From contig JACQQV010000005.1 in the NCBI GenBank assembly GCA_016206785.1, positions 1 through 59,924 of the forward strand: a DNA stretch of 59,924 bases. Reading direction: 5' to 3'. Origin of the DNA: Candidatus Omnitrophota bacterium. Its GTDB lineage: Bacteria; Omnitrophota; Gorgyraeia; JACQQV01. The notes beneath the pieces were generated by a model. It worked only from the letters and a program-made list of their open reading frames with translations, had not been told where the DNA came from and did not search any database. The number at the start of each line of letters is the position of its first letter. The stretch's first letter is position 1. A program made the position numbers and the translations under genes. Positions 11,024-20,457 of this stretch are shown here, one piece after another.

Positions 11024-11144
11024 AAATAACCAAATACCAAATCACAATAACCAAATAAGCTCCAAACACCAATATCCAATAATCAAACCTGGAGTTTGGT
11101 CATTGGTGATTATTTGGTGTTTGGAATTTGGTTATTGATGATTG
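11024..11144. repeat. 7-bp-periodic imperfect palindrome (CAA/TTG type), copy 1
   Basis: CAA at 11031,38,45,52,63,70,77,84; TTG at 11096,103,114,121,128,135,142. Confidence 0.9.
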
Positions 11145-11151
11145 CCACTGA

Positions 11152-13206
11152 TTAGACTTCAAGTTTCCGAGCCACCTTCTCCAATTGATACAGTTCGATG
11201 AAGTCACCCACCTGGTAGTCTTTGAAATTCTCGATGGAGATGCCGCATTCCTGGCCCTCTGCGATCTCTTTCACATCATCTTTAAAGCGCTTCAGTGCCG
11301 CGAGTTTTCCTTCAAAGACGGTCTCTTTATTCCGGATGATGCGGACGACAGGAGTGCCCGCCCGAACCAGTTTCCCCTTGACGGCAAGACATCCTGCAAT
11401 ATTCCCAACTTTTGAAATTTTAAAGACCTGTTTAACCTCTGCACGGCCGAGGAAGGTCTCCTTGGTCGTTGGCTCCAACAACCCTTCCATGGCAAGTTTG
11501 ATGTCAGAGACGATTTCATAAATAATCGTGTACCGCTTGACCTCGACCCCTTCTTCCTTGGCGATCGCCTCGGCCCTTGGGAGCTCGCCCACATGGAAAC
11601 CGATGACGACGGCGTCCGAGGCGGCCGCAAGCATGATATCGGACTCATTGATGTCACCCATGCCACTATGGATAATGGTGAGTTTGACATCTTTAGAGTC
11701 GATCTTGGAAAGTTCTCCCTTAAGGGCTTCCAAGGATCCTTGAACATCGGCCTTCAAAACAAATTTGACCTCCTTCACCTTTCCTTCTTGAATGCGGGTG
11801 TGGAGATCTTCAAGGGTGATGTGACGGGCAGGGCCGACCCTCTCTTCCCGCCGTTTCTCCTCCTGGCGTACCGTTGTAATTTCTCTTGCCCTTCTCTCAT
11901 CTTGGACGACGTAGAAATGCTCCCCCGCCTTGGGAACACCGGAAAGACCTGAGATCTCCACCGGCTGGGAGGGGGGTGCTGTTTCAATCCGATGTCCTTT
12001 ATGATCGACCATCGCCCGCACTTTCCCATAATAGGGACCGCAGACGACGAAATCCCCTATCTTGAGCGAGCCGTTTTGGATGAGGACCGTTGCCACCGGT
12101 CCTTTCCCCTTCGAAAGTTCACTTTCAATGACCGTCCCTTTTGCGAACCTCGTCGGGTCTGCTTTCAGTTCAAGAAGTTCTGCTTCGAGCAATAACATTT
12201 CAAGAAGGTTCGGAATCCCCTCTTGGGTCTTCGCAGAAACAGGAACCATGATCGTCTTCCCTCCCCATTCCTCCGGCACCAGTCCCCGTTCGGTCAGTTG
12301 TTTTTTCACCCGATCCAGATTCGCACTGGGAAGATCACATTTATTGATCGCCACGACAATAGTCACTCCAGCGGCGCGGGCATGGTCAATCGCTTCTTCT
12401 GTCTGGGGCATCACCCCGTCGTCGGCAGCCACCACAAGTACCACCACGTCCGTCACGTTCGCCCCCCGAGCCCGCATGGCCGTGAAGGCCTCATGTCCCG
12501 GCGTATCCAAGAATGTCACATGACCCTTTCCCAAGTCCACCTCATAGGCACCGATATGTTGGGTAATCCCGCCTGCCTCTCCTGCCGCGACTTCACTTTT
12601 GCGGATCGCATCCAAGAGCGAAGTCTTCCCATGATCGACGTGACCCATGAGCGTCACGACCGGTGCCCGCGGTTTTAAATTTTTCGCATCTTTCGTTTCA
12701 TGCTCAAGAATGAGCGCTTCTTCCATCGTGGGAAGCTTCTCGAGCTGGAATCCGAATTCCTTTCCAAGTTCTTTGGCAACTGTTTCATCCAACGCTTGGT
12801 TGATGGTGACAAAGATCTTTCGCTGCATGAGCGATTTGATGAGTTCGCTCGGTTTAACCCCCACTTTGATAGAAAGATCCTTGACCGTGATTGGAAATTG
12901 GACCTGCACCGGTTGAAGGACTTTCGGTCTCTCAGGTTCCTTGACCTCTGGCACTTTCACGACGGTGGGGACGGGGGCTTTGGCGACGGGGGGAGGAGGC
13001 GACACTTTTTGAACCGGTGGAACAGTCGGCTTCACCGGCACCTTCGGCGCTTCCTTGACCTCTTTCTTTTTCAGAAGCTGGACCGCCTCGGGAGGAACGA
13101 CGCTCATGTGACTCTTGACCTCCACTTTCATCCGGTGCAATTTCTCAATGAGTTCTTTGCTGGAGAGTCCGAGTGTCTTTGCCAATTCATGGACGTGAAT
13201 GTTCAT
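11152..13206 (-). CDS. infB: Translation initiation factor IF-2
   Basis: MGHVDHGKTSLLD, EAGGITQHIGAY, DTPGHEAF. Confidence 0.98.
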   Translation of the reverse strand: MNIHVHELAKTLGLSSKELIEKLHRMKVEVKSHMSVVPPEAVQLLKKKEVKEAPKVPVKPTVPPVQKVSPPPPVAKAPVPTVVKVPEVKEPERPKVLQPVQVQFPITVKDLSIKVGVKPSELIKSLMQRKIFVTINQALDETVAKELGKEFGFQLEKLPTMEEALILEHETKDAKNLKPRAPVVTLMGHVDHGKTSLLDAIRKSEVAAGEAGGITQHIGAYEVDLGKGHVTFLDTPGHEAFTAMRARGANVTDVVVLVVAADDGVMPQTEEAIDHARAAGVTIVVAINKCDLPSANLDRVKKQLTERGLVPEEWGGKTIMVPVSAKTQEGIPNLLEMLLLEAELLELKADPTRFAKGTVIESELSKGKGPVATVLIQNGSLKIGDFVVCGPYYGKVRAMVDHKGHRIETAPPSQPVEISGLSGVPKAGEHFYVVQDERRAREITTVRQEEKRREERVGPARHITLEDLHTRIQEGKVKEVKFVLKADVQGSLEALKGELSKIDSKDVKLTIIHSGMGDINESDIMLAAASDAVVIGFHVGELPRAEAIAKEEGVEVKRYTIIYEIVSDIKLAMEGLLEPTTKETFLGRAEVKQVFKISKVGNIAGCLAVKGKLVRAGTPVVRIIRNKETVFEGKLAALKRFKDDVKEIAEGQECGISIENFKDYQVGDFIELYQLEKVARKLEV

Positions 13207-14468
13207 GAAGTCTCAGTCCCTTCTGTCTTTTCTTTTCCCGCCTTTGACTGCGCCTCTTCTTCCGCGGCGACCTCTTTCATCCGTTCACTCAAAATATCTC
13301 GCGGAGGTGTCGCTGCCTTTGGCACCCACCGCAACTTCTCGACCATCTTTTTCGCATTATTCAAAAGTTTTTGAGCGGTCTTTTCTCCAACCCCCTTGAC
13401 CTTCATGAGCGTCTCAGGAGTGGCCGAAGCGATGGAAGAAACAGTCGCAAACCCTGCCTCTGTGAGTGCGGCTTTCATTTTGGGGCCGACGCCGGAAAGC
13501 TCTTCAACCCCGACGTCCTTTTCCTTCGCCAGTTCAGACTTCGATTTAATGTCAATGTCCCAGCCGGTGAGCTTCGCAGCCAACCGCACATTTTGCCCTT
13601 TCTTTCCGATCGAAAGAGAAAGCTGGTCATCCTCAACGATCACGAGAGCCTTTCCGTGCTCCTTATCGATTTCCATGTCGTGCACCTTGGCCGGAGAAAG
13701 AGAGGCCCCGATGTACTCACGGACATCGTCACTGTATCGGACAATATCGATTTTCTCCCCGTGGAGTTCTTTGATAATCTCCTTGACGCGGGAACCGCGC
13801 ATCCCCACGCAAGCTCCTACACAATCGACCCTCTCGTCTTTGGAATAGACCGCGATTTTCGTCCGTTCTCCCGGCTCACGCGAAATCGACTTGATTTCCA
13901 AAATTCCCTCGTCAATTTCAGGAACCTCCAGTTCAAAAAGTCGACGGACGAGATCCGCATGGGTCCTCGAAAGAATGATCTGAGGCCCGCGAGCCGTTTT
14001 CTTGACCTCTAGCACGTAGGCCCTAATGCGATCCCCCTGGCGGTACTCGTCATTGGGAGGAAGTTCCCGCCGGGGAAGAAGCGCCTCGGTCTTTCCGAGG
14101 TCAACGATGACATTCCCATTCTCAAGACGGTGGACGCTGCCGCTTACAATACTCCCTACCCGATTCTGAAAATCGTTGAAGACCACATCCCGTTCCGCCT
14201 CACGGATTTTTTGAATAATGACCTGTTTGGCGGTCTGGGCCGCGATCCGGCTGAACTCTTGGGAGGCCACTTCGGTTTCTCCGGAAAGGATCTTGATCTC
14301 TCCGGTCTTTGGATTGATCTTCACGGTGATATCATCGGTTGTCTTTTTTCCAACCACCTTTCGGGCTGCAGAAATAAGGGCAGCCTCCACCGCTTGGATC
14401 AAGACTTCTCGCTTAATCCCCTTCTCCCGCTCAATATGATCTAAAACGGATAACAATTCTCCATTCAT
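13203..14468 (-). CDS. nusA: Transcription termination factor NusA
   Basis: RIAAQTAKQVIIQ, S1/KH domains (GACVGMRGSRV, IGKKGQNVRLA), C-terminal HhH. Confidence 0.97.
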   Translation of the reverse strand: MNGELLSVLDHIEREKGIKREVLIQAVEAALISAARKVVGKKTTDDITVKINPKTGEIKILSGETEVASQEFSRIAAQTAKQVIIQKIREAERDVVFNDFQNRVGSIVSGSVHRLENGNVIVDLGKTEALLPRRELPPNDEYRQGDRIRAYVLEVKKTARGPQIILSRTHADLVRRLFELEVPEIDEGILEIKSISREPGERTKIAVYSKDERVDCVGACVGMRGSRVKEIIKELHGEKIDIVRYSDDVREYIGASLSPAKVHDMEIDKEHGKALVIVEDDQLSLSIGKKGQNVRLAAKLTGWDIDIKSKSELAKEKDVGVEELSGVGPKMKAALTEAGFATVSSIASATPETLMKVKGVGEKTAQKLLNNAKKMVEKLRWVPKAATPPRDILSERMKEVAAEEEAQSKAGKEKTEGTETS

Positions 14469-14480
14469 GGTGAAGTCGCC

Positions 14481-16226
14481 TCAGAATTCAATGATTCTTT
14501 TTCCTCTTGAAAGGGCTTCAAGGGGGAGTTCAATCTTTCTCTGTGGCGCGATCCGTAAAATAATCTTTCCGTCCACCACCTCTTCCAACACCCCTTCAAA
14601 ATCGGTCTTCCCCAAAAAAGGTTTTTTAAGTACGAGGCGAACCGATTGGCCGATCACTCTCCGAAAATCACGTTCACTCACGAGAGGTCGATCCAAGCCC
14701 GGGGAACAGACTTCCAAAAGATAACTCTCTTCGATCAGGTTTCTTTCATCGAGCAGCTGACCGATCTCCTGATTCAAGAGGGCGCACTCATTCAAAGTGA
14801 TCCCCCCCGGCGTATCTACAAGGAGGCGGAGGACATGCTGCGGACCTTCTCGCCGGTAAGTCATCTCAATCAGTTCCGCCTGTTTCTCTTCAAGGATTCC
14901 GGAAATCGCTTCCCGAAGTGTCAGAAGGAGCGTTGCCGTAGTCCCTTGAGAGGCGATGCCGGTGTTACTTTCCGCATTGGAAGTCCGCAATAAAGCATCT
15001 AATTTTTCAAAGAGTTCTGTGCGAGAGACAGTGAACGTCTTCCCATCGTCCCGCCGCTTCATCTCAATTTTCCCCTCTTTGAGAAAGGTCTCTCCGAGGA
15101 CGACCTGAATCGGAATCCCGATCAGATCCCCGTCTTTGAATTTGATGCCGGGCCGTTCGGGTCGGTCATCCAAAAGGACCTCCCATCCCCGCCGGGTCGC
15201 TTCCTCATAGATTTCCACCGAAAGCCTCACGCAAGATTCCTCTGAAACGAGGGGAAGAATGAGGATTTGAAACGGTGCCACCGACCGCGGCCAAATGACT
15301 CCATTTTCGTCATGGTGCTGCTCAATGATGGAAGCGACGACGCGGTTCACCCCGATGCCGTAACAACCCATGAGCATCGGCCTGCGATTCCCCTCATGAT
15401 CGAGATAGGTGGCACCGAGAGGTTCCGTATATTTTGTCCCGAGCTGAAAGATATGGGCGATCTCGAGGCCCCGCTTCGTCACGCCCTTGTTGTGACATTT
15501 CGGACAGATGGCCGAAGTCTCCTCTCCCAGAGGCCAGGTGGACTGACAGGACTCGCAATATCCGACAACCTCCTCCCCGCTCTCGGTCGGAACCAGAAAT
15601 TCATGGGATCGACTCCCCCCCATGATGCCGGGATCTGCCTCCACGAGAAGTGTTGTGACTCCGCAGCGACTAAAAATTCTTCGGTACGCCCCTAACATCT
15701 TCTCGTAACTTTCTGAGAGGCTTTTCTCGTCCGCATCAAAGCTATAGGCATCCTTCATGATAAATTCACGACTCCGGACGACCCCGAATCGGGGTCGCGC
15801 CTCGTCCCGGAATTTTGTCTGAATCTGGTAAAGCATTAAAGGAAGCTGTCGGTAACTTTTTACCTCTTTCCTCACAAGGTCTGTAATGACCTCTTCGTGG
15901 GTTGGTCCGAGGACGTTCAGTTTTCCATGACGGTCTTTGAAAGAGATCATATCTTCTCCCAAGACCTCAAAACGGCCGGTCGCCTCCCAAAGCTCTGCCG
16001 GCTGAAGCGCTGGAAGAAGTAGTTCCGCCGCCCCCTCACGGTTCATTTCCTCCCGGATGATCGTCTCCACTTTCCGGAGGGCCCGAAGACCGAGCGGCAG
16101 ATAAGAATAGGTCCCTGAGGCGAGTTGACGGATGAGGCCCGAGCGGATCATGAGCCTGTGGCTGACCGCCTCCGTATCGGAAGGGTTTTCTTTCTGCGTC
16201 TGGATAAAACTATTGGACCACTTCAT
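14481..16226 (-). CDS. proS: Proline--tRNA ligase fused in frame to ribosome maturation factor RimP
   Basis: ProRS motifs LGPTHEE, QIQTKFRDE, REFIMKDAYSF, MGCYGIG. The C-terminal ~150 aa show RimP motifs (LRLLVD..GGITLNEC, YLLEVCSPGLDRPL...DF). Confidence 0.92.
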   Translation of the reverse strand: MKWSNSFIQTQKENPSDTEAVSHRLMIRSGLIRQLASGTYSYLPLGLRALRKVETIIREEMNREGAAELLLPALQPAELWEATGRFEVLGEDMISFKDRHGKLNVLGPTHEEVITDLVRKEVKSYRQLPLMLYQIQTKFRDEARPRFGVVRSREFIMKDAYSFDADEKSLSESYEKMLGAYRRIFSRCGVTTLLVEADPGIMGGSRSHEFLVPTESGEEVVGYCESCQSTWPLGEETSAICPKCHNKGVTKRGLEIAHIFQLGTKYTEPLGATYLDHEGNRRPMLMGCYGIGVNRVVASIIEQHHDENGVIWPRSVAPFQILILPLVSEESCVRLSVEIYEEATRRGWEVLLDDRPERPGIKFKDGDLIGIPIQVVLGETFLKEGKIEMKRRDDGKTFTVSRTELFEKLDALLRTSNAESNTGIASQGTTATLLLTLREAISGILEEKQAELIEMTYRREGPQHVLRLLVDTPGGITLNECALLNQEIGQLLDERNLIEESYLLEVCSPGLDRPLVSERDFRRVIGQSVRLVLKKPFLGKTDFEGVLEEVVDGKIILRIAPQRKIELPLEALSRGKRIIEF

Positions 16227-16230
16227 TGTG

Positions 16231-16289
16231 TCGTCGCTCGTCGTTCGTGAAGCGTGAAGCGAAATACGAGATACGCTTCACGAGGTACG
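16231..16289. repeat. 7-bp-periodic palindrome (CGT/ACG type), copy 1
   Basis: CG-centred units start at 16231,38,45,52,59; ACG at 16266,73,80,87; inverted pair TCGTGAAGCGT/ACGCTTCACGA. Confidence 0.85.
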
Positions 16290-17381
16290 TTCTATATTCA
16301 ACATCTCCTGCACGAGGGCTTCGACCATCTCACTTTCCTTGACGCGCCGGATCATTTGCCCCTTTTTAAAAATCATTCCCTGACCTTTTCCTGCGGCGAT
16401 GCCGATATCCGCATCCTTCGCCTCCCCGGGACCGTTCACTTCGCACCCCATGAGGGCGATCTTCACTCCAACGAGATCTGCTTGAGATTTTCCCAGCTCG
16501 CGCAAACGCTTCTCCGCCGCCTCCACGAGTTGAATGAGATCGATGTCCGCCCGGCCGCAGGAGGGACAGGCGATCAGTTCCGGACCAAAGTCCCGAAGTT
16601 CGAGGAACTGCAAAATGCGCTTCCCAACCTCCACTTCCTCAACCGGATCTCCCGTGAGGGAGACACGAAGGGTATCGCCGATCCCTTCGAGAAGAAGGGC
16701 ACCGATCCCGAGCGCCGATTTGATCGCCCCGTCGCGCGGGAGTCCCGCTTCTGTCACACCCAGATGAAAAGGATAATCGGAAACCTTTGCCATCCGACGG
16801 TAAGATTCAATCGTATCTTGAACATTTGAAAGTTTCATCGAAATCTTCAGTTCCGTAAAATGATGTCTTTCAAAAAAGCGAAGGTACTCCACTCCCCGAT
16901 GGATCATTTTTTGGATAAAGGCCTCTCTCGCCTCATGGCGAAGAGGCCCTTCTTTCGGATAGACCGCATCGACCGAACCGGCATTGACGCCTATCCGGAT
17001 AGCGACCTTGTGCGCCTTTGCCGCATCAATGATTTGTCGAATACGATCTTCCTCCTTGAGGTTTCCGGGGTTTAAACGGATCCCGTTTGCGCCTCCCTCA
17101 AGGGCCACAAGAGCCAGGCGGTGATCATAATGGATATCTGCGATTAAAGGGATTTTAATGGCCACCTTGATTTTCTTGATCGCCTCGGCCGAGGGCTTAT
17201 CGGGAACTGCAACCCGAACGATGTCACACCCCGCCTTCTCCAACTCACGAATCTGCCGGACCGTTCCCTCGACATCATGCGTATGGGTTTTGGTCATCGA
17301 TTGGATCGAGATCGGTGAGCCTCCTCCAATGGCGACAGGCCCCACATGGATCTGTCTCGTTTTTCTCCTTTCAATCGGCAT
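16278..17381 (-). CDS. ispG: HMBPP synthase IspG
   Basis: IQSMT, IADIHY, RLNPGN, HLGVTEAG, CPSCGR, MGCEVNGPGE. Confidence 0.97.
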   Translation of the reverse strand: MPIERRKTRQIHVGPVAIGGGSPISIQSMTKTHTHDVEGTVRQIRELEKAGCDIVRVAVPDKPSAEAIKKIKVAIKIPLIADIHYDHRLALVALEGGANGIRLNPGNLKEEDRIRQIIDAAKAHKVAIRIGVNAGSVDAVYPKEGPLRHEAREAFIQKMIHRGVEYLRFFERHHFTELKISMKLSNVQDTIESYRRMAKVSDYPFHLGVTEAGLPRDGAIKSALGIGALLLEGIGDTLRVSLTGDPVEEVEVGKRILQFLELRDFGPELIACPSCGRADIDLIQLVEAAEKRLRELGKSQADLVGVKIALMGCEVNGPGEAKDADIGIAAGKGQGMIFKKGQMIRRVKESEMVEALVQEMLNIERTS

Positions 17382-18472
17382 TAGAAACCTCCAAAAAAGT
17401 CGAACATTTTTTCAAATACCTTGAATCGTGAAAAGTCGTTGTAAAAAACAATGAGCATGAGTCCGATGAGAAGCGTCATCCCCACCTGCCGCGATAATTC
17501 TTGAATCCGCTCACTCACCGGTTTTCCCTTCAACCGTTCAAGCACCAAGAAAAACAGATGCCCGCCATCCAAGACCGGGATCGGGAGGACGTTAAAGATG
17601 GCCAGTGAGGCGCTCAAGACGCCGATCATCTGCAAGAGGTAGCGGATGCCGAGACGTGCCGCCTGTTCTGTGATGACAAAGATCCCGATCGGTCCCGTGA
17701 GCGATTCTTTCATCGCCAGATGTCCTGTGAGCATCCGGCCGATCGCCTTGAAGGTTAAAAACGTTAATTGACCCATCTGTTTTCCTGCCATGCCGATCGC
17801 CTGAGGAAGCGGATAATGCACAAGGATCACCTCATCGGAGGCAGAGATGCCGATGAGAGAAAATTTTTTCTTCTCTCCAAAAAGGTTTTTCTCTTCGACG
17901 CGCTTTGGGCGGAGCGTGAAAGTGAGTTCTTTGCGATCCCGCAAAACCGCCACCCGGATCACCCCCTCCTCTGGGGTTCCGTGAATGAGGGAGGTAACCT
18001 CTTCCCAATACTTTACCTTTTGATCGCTCACCGAAAGAACGCGGTCCCCCTCCTGGATCCCCGCTTCTTCGGCAGGATATCCCTCCATCACTTTCCCAAT
18101 CTTGGAGGTTATCTGCGGATTTCCAACTACAAAAACGACCGTAAAAACAAAAAAGGCCAAAGCATAATTGAGAAAAGGACCCGCAAAAACGACGGCAAAC
18201 CGCTCCCAGACCGAACGGGAAAGATATTCCCATCTCTCTCCCTTGAGGGGCTCGTCCCTTGTCTCCCCCGCCATCTTGACATAGCCGCCCAATGGAAAAT
18301 AGCAGAGTTGATACTCCGTCTCTTTTCCTTTGATGCTGAAAACCTTTGGCCCAAATCCGAGGGAGAATCGTTCCACCCGAATGCCGAGCCGCTTCGCTAC
18401 AAAGAAATGGCCCCACTCATGGACAAGGATGAGAATACTCAAAACAGCCGCAAAAAGGATGATGGAAAACAT
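17381..18472 (-). CDS. rseP: RIP metalloprotease RseP
   Basis: HEWGH, PLGGYVKM, PDZ domain, NVLPIPVLDGG. Confidence 0.96.
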   Translation of the reverse strand: MFSIILFAAVLSILILVHEWGHFFVAKRLGIRVERFSLGFGPKVFSIKGKETEYQLCYFPLGGYVKMAGETRDEPLKGERWEYLSRSVWERFAVVFAGPFLNYALAFFVFTVVFVVGNPQITSKIGKVMEGYPAEEAGIQEGDRVLSVSDQKVKYWEEVTSLIHGTPEEGVIRVAVLRDRKELTFTLRPKRVEEKNLFGEKKKFSLIGISASDEVILVHYPLPQAIGMAGKQMGQLTFLTFKAIGRMLTGHLAMKESLTGPIGIFVITEQAARLGIRYLLQMIGVLSASLAIFNVLPIPVLDGGHLFFLVLERLKGKPVSERIQELSRQVGMTLLIGLMLIVFYNDFSRFKVFEKMFDFFGGF

Positions 18473-19624
18473 CTAAATGGTTTTGAGCAGCCGGTGGGCT
18501 TCTTCTCTAGCCCATTGATCGTCCGCCAGAATTTCCTCCAACGTCGGTGCGTTCATGTTCTTATGTTTCGACAAAACCTTTTCAATCAGAGCCGGGATCT
18601 TGACGAAAGGAAGCCCTCCGGACAGATACGCCCGTACCGCCTCTTCATTGGCTGCATTCAAGGCGCAAGGAGTGCTTCCCCCTTCATGCGCCACTTCATA
18701 CGCAATACGAAGACACGGAAATTTGTCCACGTCAGGATTTTCAAAATGGAGTGCCCCCACCTCCTTGAAATTGAGACTTGGGACACTTCCCGGAAGACGG
18801 TCCGGATAACTTAAGGCGTATTGAATCGGCAACTTCATGTCTGTCACCGCCAGTTGTGCGAGAACAGATCCATCTACAAATTCCACCATCGAATGGATCA
18901 CCGCCTCGGGATGGATCAGCACTTCGATCTGATCGACGGCGAGATGGAAAAGGTGCCGCGCCTCGATGACTTCCAACCCCTTGTTCATGAGTGTGGCAGA
19001 ATCGACGGTGATTTTTCTCCCCATCTTCCACTTCGGATGCTCCAGCACTTCTTCTTGGGTCAAAGAACCGAAACTTTCCTTGGAACGCTTCCGTAAAGGT
19101 CCTCCCGATCCTGTGAGATAAATCCGCTGAAGAAGAGTCCGATCTTTCCCCTCCAAACACTGAAAAATCGCGTTGTGTTCACTGTCAACGGGGAGAAGAA
19201 AGGCCCCCGATTTCTTTGCTTCTTGAATCAGAAGATCCCCTGCCATGACCAACGACTCCTTATTCGCAATGGCGACCCGCTTCCCCTTCCGAATCGCCTC
19301 TAGCGTTGGAGGCAATGCTTCGGCCCCGCCGATCGCGATCAAGACCAAGTCGCTTTCCCTAAGTCCGCCCAGAAGTTCAATCTCTTTCTGTCCGACAAGG
19401 ATCTCCACTCGTGAATCGAGTTTTTCTTTCAGATGAGCGACTTGGGATTCATCGACAATGCCGACATAGTGGGGATGGAAGCGTTTCGCCTGCTCTGCCA
19501 AAAGCCCTGCATGCTCTCTGCACGCGAGCGCGACGACCTCAAACTCCTCCGGATGCGCTGAGATGACTTCCAGGGCATTGACACCGATGGAACCGGTTGA
19601 ACCGAGAATTGAAATCCGTTTCAT
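18473..19624 (-). CDS. dxr: DXP reductoisomerase
   Basis: GSTGSIG, ANKESLV, PVDSEH, MGRKITVDSATLMNKGLE. Confidence 0.98.
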   Translation of the reverse strand: MKRISILGSTGSIGVNALEVISAHPEEFEVVALACREHAGLLAEQAKRFHPHYVGIVDESQVAHLKEKLDSRVEILVGQKEIELLGGLRESDLVLIAIGGAEALPPTLEAIRKGKRVAIANKESLVMAGDLLIQEAKKSGAFLLPVDSEHNAIFQCLEGKDRTLLQRIYLTGSGGPLRKRSKESFGSLTQEEVLEHPKWKMGRKITVDSATLMNKGLEVIEARHLFHLAVDQIEVLIHPEAVIHSMVEFVDGSVLAQLAVTDMKLPIQYALSYPDRLPGSVPSLNFKEVGALHFENPDVDKFPCLRIAYEVAHEGGSTPCALNAANEEAVRAYLSGGLPFVKIPALIEKVLSKHKNMNAPTLEEILADDQWAREEAHRLLKTI

Positions 19625-20451
19625 CGAAAAAACCTCACCACCGCATAAAAAAGAGGTGTCGTGAAAAGGAGACTGTCGATCACATCCAGGATACCTCCCA
19701 TCCCCGGAATAAATTCTCGGGCATCCTTGGTTTGACAGTCCCGCTTGATCAAAGACTCTGCCAGATCGCCGAGAAGTCCCACGATCCCTAAGAGGAGCCC
19801 GAGTGAGGCAAACGCGACCCAGAGGAACGCCTCTCCGACCGCAAACGGGAGATGGCCTCTTAAGAGAAATTGAAACGCAAAAAGGCTCACCACGACACTC
19901 GTGAAAATTCCCGCGATGGACCCCTCAATGGTTTTATTGGGACTGACCCGAGGGGTCAGCGGATGTCTTCCCACTGCTGACCCGACAACGTACGCCCCGA
20001 TATCTCCCCCTTTCGTCACGAGCAATAGATACGCCACCCAATGGCTCGCTTCGATGCGAAGGGGAATGAGAAAACTGAAAAGAACCGACACATACACAAT
20101 TCCCGCAACGGTGACTGAAAGGCCGGCAAGAGAACCTTCATTCTTTCCCTTCGCAAACTGGTAGCCGAAAAAAACCAGAAAAAAGAGAACTGAAAAAAAG
20201 GGATACGCGGCCAACGTCTTTGGCGTCAGATCTTGCTGATAGGCCAAAAGGGGAACAAGCACCCCCATCGCCGTCGCAAAATATTTTCCGACCCGAAATC
20301 CCTTTTTTTCCGCCAGCGAATAAAATTCAAAGAGCCCGAGCCCCACCAGGGCCGTCACCACCAGACGAAAGACCCATAGCGGGAAAAGGTAAATGACCGC
20401 ATAAGAAAACGCGAGCCAGGCGACCGAACTCAAGAACCGCAGGATAAACAT
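19621..20451 (-). CDS. cdsA: Phosphatidate cytidylyltransferase
   Basis: Multi-TM protein; SPNKTIEG, GDLAESLIKR, IPGMGGILD. Confidence 0.95.
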   Translation of the reverse strand: MFILRFLSSVAWLAFSYAVIYLFPLWVFRLVVTALVGLGLFEFYSLAEKKGFRVGKYFATAMGVLVPLLAYQQDLTPKTLAAYPFFSVLFFLVFFGYQFAKGKNEGSLAGLSVTVAGIVYVSVLFSFLIPLRIEASHWVAYLLLVTKGGDIGAYVVGSAVGRHPLTPRVSPNKTIEGSIAGIFTSVVVSLFAFQFLLRGHLPFAVGEAFLWVAFASLGLLLGIVGLLGDLAESLIKRDCQTKDAREFIPGMGGILDVIDSLLFTTPLFYAVVRFFR

Positions 20452-20457
20452 GGGCGT

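Noticed and set aside
11024-11144. CRISPR interpretation of the repeat arrays
   Set aside because: There are no constant 25-45-bp repeats with unique spacers and no cas genes.
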